Shown here one piece after another: positions 48,958 through 54,943 of a DNA stretch of 54,943 bases (within the stretch, counting starts at the first letter, position 1; each line of letters opens with the position of its first letter). Source of the DNA: Prorocentrum cordatum (lineage: Eukaryota). The stretch is from the NCBI GenBank assembly GCA_963575745.1, contig CAUYUJ010000197.1, forward strand, positions 62,001 through 116,943, read 5' to 3'. The position numbers were made by a program, and so were the translations under genes. A model generated the notes under the pieces. The model was not told the DNA's origin. It made no database searches and saw only the letters and a list, made by a program, of their open reading frames with translations.

Positions 48958-51900
48958 GCCTCTCCGGCGAGTCACGTCCGCCCCCCAGGGCCGGAATTCG
49001 AATCTACGATGCAGGTAACCGGCAGTTCGTGGAAAGGCAGGGTGAGGGGGCCCAACGGTCATTCATTCTCCTCGGGGGCGTGAGTGAAGTGGCATGCAGT
49101 GGCCTGGATTATTGTTGTTTGTTGTTGTCGTCGTCCTCGCCCGCGTCCCACTCGCGACCCACCCGCGCCGCGACCCACCCCGCGACCCACCCCGCGACCC
49201 ACCCCGCGCCCGCCCTCCCACTCTTATCAGCAACTGCGGGATGCTACATAGTGAAGCCTTGTGGGCTACACGTGTTTTTTTCCACAACCTCGACCCCCAC
49301 ATGTCTGGAACCCTTCCCTGAGACATGTTTTTCACCCTAGGTCGTTTTTTGACGGTCCCGAGGCCCGGTAAGGGCCCCCAGAGGCCGAACATCGCAAAAC
49401 ACCTCCAGTCGTGATTTGTTCGCAACGCGAGGGTGTCGGGGTTTATGTTCAGCTTTTCTTCTGTTTCCATTTTCAGCGATCTCCCATATGAGCAGCTCAA
49501 AAAATAAACGCATGATACGGACGAGTCTCTTTCCGAGGGTACAGTCGACCATCTTATCAACAACCTCCTCCCGAGAAGCAAGGCCAGCGTTTCTGGGCCA
49601 CCCTGCCGGGACGCTGGCGCAGTCTCTTGAGCACGTTCGCCCCTCCAGCGTTAACAGAAGACACTTGCTCCTGTTTTGTTTGAAGCAACTTCCGAGACGC
49701 TGGCCCCGATGTCTCAAAGGATAGTGTTCTTGATGGTATGTCCGGCCGTACCCTCACGTTGTTCCAACCTGCTTCAGCCTTGGTCGCCAGAAAGAATTTC
49801 GAGCATCAAGAAGGCACTGAAGCTGGAGGGTTTTCACGTGTCGGGCCCCGGGAGGTGATACTCGCTCCACGCGGTTTCGATGCCTTTACGGGTGCTCGCA
49901 CTTCTTCCTTGGACGTGGTCCTTGGGGGCACTGTGACTGTGCCCCTGCATCCTTGCCTCTCGGCCCGCCCTGGCCCTGGTCCGTGGGCCACGTGCTTTCC
50001 CACCTTGGCTTCACTGGGGGCGTCCAGGGGGCGCTGCATCCCGACCGCGCAGGCTTGCGCTCTGGTCGCATCGCACAGCTACGCGCCGGTCGTTGAAAGC
50101 AGGTACTTTGGGATATCCAGGTCGCAGTCTGCGTTAGCCGCCTACCTACTTTGAGAGTCGAGCGGTTTTCCCTATCTTCCCTGCTCTTCAGGGGGCGGGC
50201 GGAAGCCCACTCTGCTTCCAACGCCGTCCTACTTCATGCTTCCACCCACTCCTTCTTCCGACCGACGGGTGCCATCTGGTCGCACCGTACAGCTACTCTG
50301 GCGGGCCGAATACCATCTACCTGACCGCCAGTCTATATTTTATGCTTCTACCAGCTTCTCCCAGATGGCCTGTACTGGGGATGGCGGGGGGCTTGGCAGC
50401 AGGGTACGAAGGGTTGTGGAGAGGCTCGTGAGAGTCTGACCAGAGAGGTGGACACAGTACGTGGTGCGCTCGTTAAGCCTGCGGGCATGCCACCAATCCA
50501 GACATTCGACGTCGTGAGTGTCTGTTTCACAGACCTTTCGACACCGCAGATCTTTCGACACCACTCCCCCAGGACCTTTCTCTTCGTGCCGCCCCGGGTC
50601 GTCCCGAAGGCCCCGCGCCCCGAAGACGGGAGACGACGCGTCCTTCGTGCGTTGCTGCCGTTGCCGCGCCGCCCAGAGGCGCAGGGTCCGCCCTCCATCT
50701 GGCCGCTCCGGCTCGACATGTCCCTTCCGGCGGGCCCGCTCCGACTCGACTCCGACACTCGGCGGCGGCCCGAGCGCTGTGCGGCGGCGGCGCGGCGTCG
50801 GCGACGAGCGCGGCCCTCCTCCGCCGCCCCGCTTAGCCCTCCTCGGCCGCGCCTGGGGCCTGCGAGGGCGGGGGGCACGCTGGCTCGAGGCCCCGCGGGG
50901 CCTTCAGGCCTGGCCGAGGCCCGCGCGGCTCCCCCAGCGCGCCGCGCGCAGCACTCGAGCACTCAAGGCACAGTGGAGGTCGACCGGTGTAGTCACCACC
51001 CACCGAACCATATCAACCCAACCCGAAGGCCTCCATTTGCCCTCCATTTCCAGTGGGGAGGGGGTCGGGGAGCAGTGAAAAAACACGTCTGGAACCCATA
51101 CCCCCCCCCAACCCGAAATTTGGGGCCTCGGGTCGGGTTGGGGTGGTCTGGTAGGTAGTCATGTACAGGCTGGCGCCCCTGCCCGCCCCAGAGCTCACCC
51201 GAGGCGGCGGAGGCGCGCACTGCGGTGACCAGCTCCGTGGGTGCGGGCTCGAGTCGGGCGGAACAAAAATACTTGAGGGCGGCGGATGCGAGGCAAGCGA
51301 AGAGCTCTTTTGAGCCGAGGGTGCACAGTCCAGCTTGCCTGGCCCAGGACGTGTCGAAAGACTTCAGGTCCGAGCCTCGGTGGCTACAGAGTGCGCAGCG
51401 CACACATGCATGCATGAACACCTGTCCAAAGCAGATTCCGCATTGGACCTCACCCGAGGGCCAGCGCCAACGTCACAGCCGTCCTGCCCGAGAGGGTCGC
51501 TCTGAAAGCCTCCCCCTCTGCAGTCCTCCGAGCACTTCGGACCTCATCTGAGGGCGGTAGGCACGATGATACCACAGAGCTCTCGAGCCAGTGCTGCTCA
51601 GCCGTTTCCTGCCTGTCTCTGGGGCGTGTCTGCAGACTTCCCTCGACGGCCGCGGGATGCGCGGCCTGGCCACAGAGAGAAAGAGAGACAGAGAGCCTTG
51701 CCTGCGAGGGATCGAGAATTTCATCAGCGCACACCAATGGAAGTAATCCTATGGCCCTTACAAGGGAGTCGTTGAACGCAGTGCCGGGGCACTTCTCTGA
51801 ACAACGCGGCCACTGCTCTGCCGGGGTCTTTCATCAACGAACACCAGTGGAAGTAGCAGATATGCTGGTTCGACTGCGGCCCCGACTGCTCTGGCCTGGG

Positions 51901-53017
51901 GAACGGATGGCTGAGCACACTGAGCCGGCTGGCAGGGGGAAAACGGAGCCCCGCGTCGCCACCAAGGAGCGCGCGAGTAGAGTATCGCCGGGCTCATGTC
52001 GTGGACCCCCCCCGGCGCCGCTGGCGTTCGGCGCCAAGTTGAATCTGAAGTAGAAGCCTGCCGTCCAAGAGGTGCTGACATCTGCGGACTCTCCTCCTCC
52101 TTCTCCCCCTCCTCCTCCTCCGCCTCCTCCTCCTCCTCCTTCTCCACCTCCTCTCCTCCTCCTCCTCCTCCTCCTCCCTCCTCCTCCTCCTCCTCCTCCT
52201 CCTCCTCCTCCTCCTCCTCCTCCTCCTCCTCCTCCTCCACCTCGGGGCTTCTGGAGCCGCCTTCGCACATCCCCGCTACCCTGGGCGGCCATTACCCACG
52301 CAAGAGATCTCGCAGGCAAGAGACACCACCTGCCGCATCTCGTCTGGTGCCCCTGCCCCTTCCCCAGACATGATCGCGTCGTAAAACAAATCTGGACGGG
52401 ATGCCTTTGGCTATTTTCGGCCCTGGGGGGCCCTCGCCGGGCCTCGGGACCGTCAACAAACGACTCAGGACGAACAAAAAGGTCCTGGGGAAAGGGTCGG
52501 GATTCCCAGGGACGTCGTCTTGAAAAAATCAGCACGTCGCATGTCTGTGTCTCGTGCCTCAACTGCGGGTCCCAAGAAAAGACCACCACCACCTCCATTC
52601 CCCCTCCCTCTCTACTTTCCTCTTTCCCTACTCCTTACTGGGAGAGGGAGGGGGTGAGGGAGGTGATGGTAGTGCATATTTTTTGCCCCCGTATCACCTG
52701 GTGCCCCTCCCTCGGCACAGCAGCACGACGGTTGGAAGTCCTAGCCTCGGGGTCTTAAGCCTCGCCTGGAAGTCTGAGCCTAGACATCCGCCCATGCTGT
52801 TTTTGCAATCCGCCCCTCCGAGGAGGAGGAGTCGGAGTCGGAGTCGGAGTCAGAGGAGAAGGAGGAGGAGGAGGAGGAGGAGGAGGAGGCGGAAGGGCCA
52901 TCGGGGGCCCAAACCGCCGCCGCCCTCCTGCGGCCCTCCGGGGCCACAGGGCTGGCGGCTTCGCGGGCTGGCCCCAGGCGCGCGCGTGCGTTCGCAGGTC
53001 CTGCCGACCGCGCCGCG

Positions 53018-54924
53018 ATGGAGCCTCGTCATGTGGCACGGCCCTGGCAGGACGCTCATGGTGCCTCGCTCGGCACGCAGAGCGTGGAGCCTGTGAAGCA
53101 GCAGCAGCAACAGCAGAAGAACCCCTGGGCCCAACAGGTCCGCCTCGCGCGGAAAGCGCGCCAGGTGGCGACGCAGCGGGCAGCGAGCCATCAATTGCAG
53201 TCTCAACGTCAACTCATCTCCGATCTGCAGTGCCAATTGCGAGCGTGGCACCAGTGGTGGCAACAAGCGCATCATGAGCCTTTTTGGGGACAGCGCTGGA
53301 TGCCAGAAGACATCAGCTACAGCGCCGAAGCGGACGACCCCTGCGGGAAGGGCGGGCGTCGCCCCAGGCAGCTGGCGGAAGCAACGGCAGTGGCAGCAGC
53401 GGTCAAGAATCAAGAAACAATGGCAGGGGACGGCAGTGGCAGCAGCAGTCCAGAGTCAAGACTCAAGGAAGCAACGGCAGTGGCAGCAGCGGTGAAGAGT
53501 CAACACTCAAAGTGGACTCAGCCATGCGCGAGAGAAAGGAAGGCGAAGATAGAGCCCGACGCGATCATCTACGGTTCAGGGATCAGGGCAAGCTTGAGGC
53601 GACCTCGGGAATTGGCGCTAGGAATGGAGTACAGTCGTCATTAGCTGCAGGCGCGGCCGCCCGTGCGCGTGATGTGGCGCCAGCAACAGCGCCAGCGAAG
53701 CTGGAGGGCGATGACACAGGCCATCTGGAGGACAGAGCCCAGACGCCATCGCAAACACATCACTGTGAGAAGCAGGCGGTGAGGATGGAGCCCCTCACCA
53801 ATAACCTAGCCGAGGACCCAGCCAACACGTGCGAGACGAAGGAAGGCGAAGATAGAGCCCGATGTGATCATCTACGATTCAGGGGACAGGGCAAATGTGA
53901 AACGAGGGGCACGGCAGCGGCAGTGGCAGCGGGCAAGAGCGGCAACATCACTACGCCATCAGTTACCGGCGCTGTGCGAGAAGAGACGGCAGTGGAAGAG
54001 GACTTGCTTCGGGCCGTGCGAGAGCACACCATCAGCTGCAGCACGGCGAAGTTGCAGCTGACGAATCAGCGCATTGGCGGCACCCAGGCGCGTGAGAAGA
54101 TTGCCGTGGCAGCTGAGGTCATCGGAGCTGCGGCGAGATCGGGTGCGCAGTGGCGATCCGCAGCCCGCGCGGCACTAGAGGCGGCAGGCATCTGCGCGCC
54201 CAACGCGGCTGCTCTCGTCTCCATGGCCGCCGACGGCATCCCCATTCCAGCACGCATCGAGGCGATTTTCGCTGGTGTCGTAACCAGCGCCCACTGGTCC
54301 GCGGCCGACCAGGGCGACGCGTCCGAGCACGACGACGCCCGCGGCCAGCGCGCGACCAAGGATGACGCCGCCACCAGCCCCAGGACCACTCCTTCCAGGA
54401 GGACTCCGACGGCTACCACCACGAGTACAGCGGCGGCGCGAGGCAGCCTGCGAGAAGCAGCAGGCGGCGACCCGAGGCAGCCAGCGAGACGCAGGGTTTC
54501 GTTCGACCTGCGCAGCCACCTCGAGCGGCCCCAGGACCACTCTCACGGGGAGGACTCCGACGGCCGACTCGACGATAGCGACCCAGCGAGCCAGAACGAC
54601 ACAGAGAGCAACGCCACGGACAGCGAGTACGACGGCGAAACCACGTACACCGAGAACCACGACACCCCTGCAGGGCGAGGGGGTAGGCCCTACGACGACC
54701 CGCCCAGACCAGGAGGACGGCCCACTTGGGGGCCAAGCCTCCGCCCCGCTCCGACGGGAACCAGCAGCACGCCTACGGGAACCAGCAGCACACCTGCGGG
54801 AAACAGCAGCACACCAACGGGCACCAGCAGAGCATCGGGCACCAGCAGGCCTTCTTCAACCGCACTGGCGCCCACGGCGCCTCCCTGCACAACCACTTCC
54901 TCATCCTGGAGGGCGCCCACCTGA
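53018..54924 (+). other. Long low-complexity open frames with internal repeats, possibly an ORF1-like region of another retroelement
   Basis: Starts after a (GAG)n tract with a coiled coil ending in WHQWW. Internal repeats: GGAAGCAACGGCAGTGGCAGCAGCGG, a duplicated ~55-bp block (53537-53592 / 53838-53894) and 21-bp PTGTSST units. No recognisable domain. Confidence 0.3.
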
Positions 54925-54943
54925 ACGGCGAGTTCATCATCGC

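Noticed and set aside
52895..52913. SL-like GGGCCATCGGGGGCCCAAA before the terminal ORFs
   Set aside because: Lacks both the CCGTA head and the T run; too weak.

Overview
Eukaryotic, GC-rich, repeat-dominated DNA. It is almost certainly dinoflagellate because it carries copies of the 22-nt dinoflagellate spliced leader (DinoSL, DCCGTAGCCATTTTGGCTCAAG); the (GAG/CCT)n-saturated, high-GC style is Prorocentrum-like, which is an inference. Nearly all ORFs in the six-frame track are microsatellite or GC-content artefacts. By eye I can thread a + strand host gene through five small phase-0 exons with mostly AG|GC donors (11445-11516, 13886-~13975, 15686-15802, 26355-26417, 39743-39772). Joined, they read as the N-terminal lobe of a choline/ethanolamine-kinase (APH-like) protein. 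Its introns hold a rearranged HSP90 retro-fragment and four decayed non-LTR (LINE-like) retrotransposons with APE endonuclease, RT and/or RNase H remnants. The most striking signal is that three different LINE-like elements begin with a DinoSL placed directly after a CCT-rich tract (23810-23831 minus, perfect and followed by a second full-length relic SL; 26474-26495; 30049-30064). The remainder is a set of MITE/foldback families (several with TA target-site duplications), a ~0.75 kb microsatellite-inserted element with internal minisatellites and a CTRG end, a ~163-bp tandem array and a ~275-bp inverted repeat. All calls are by eye; no searches were run.
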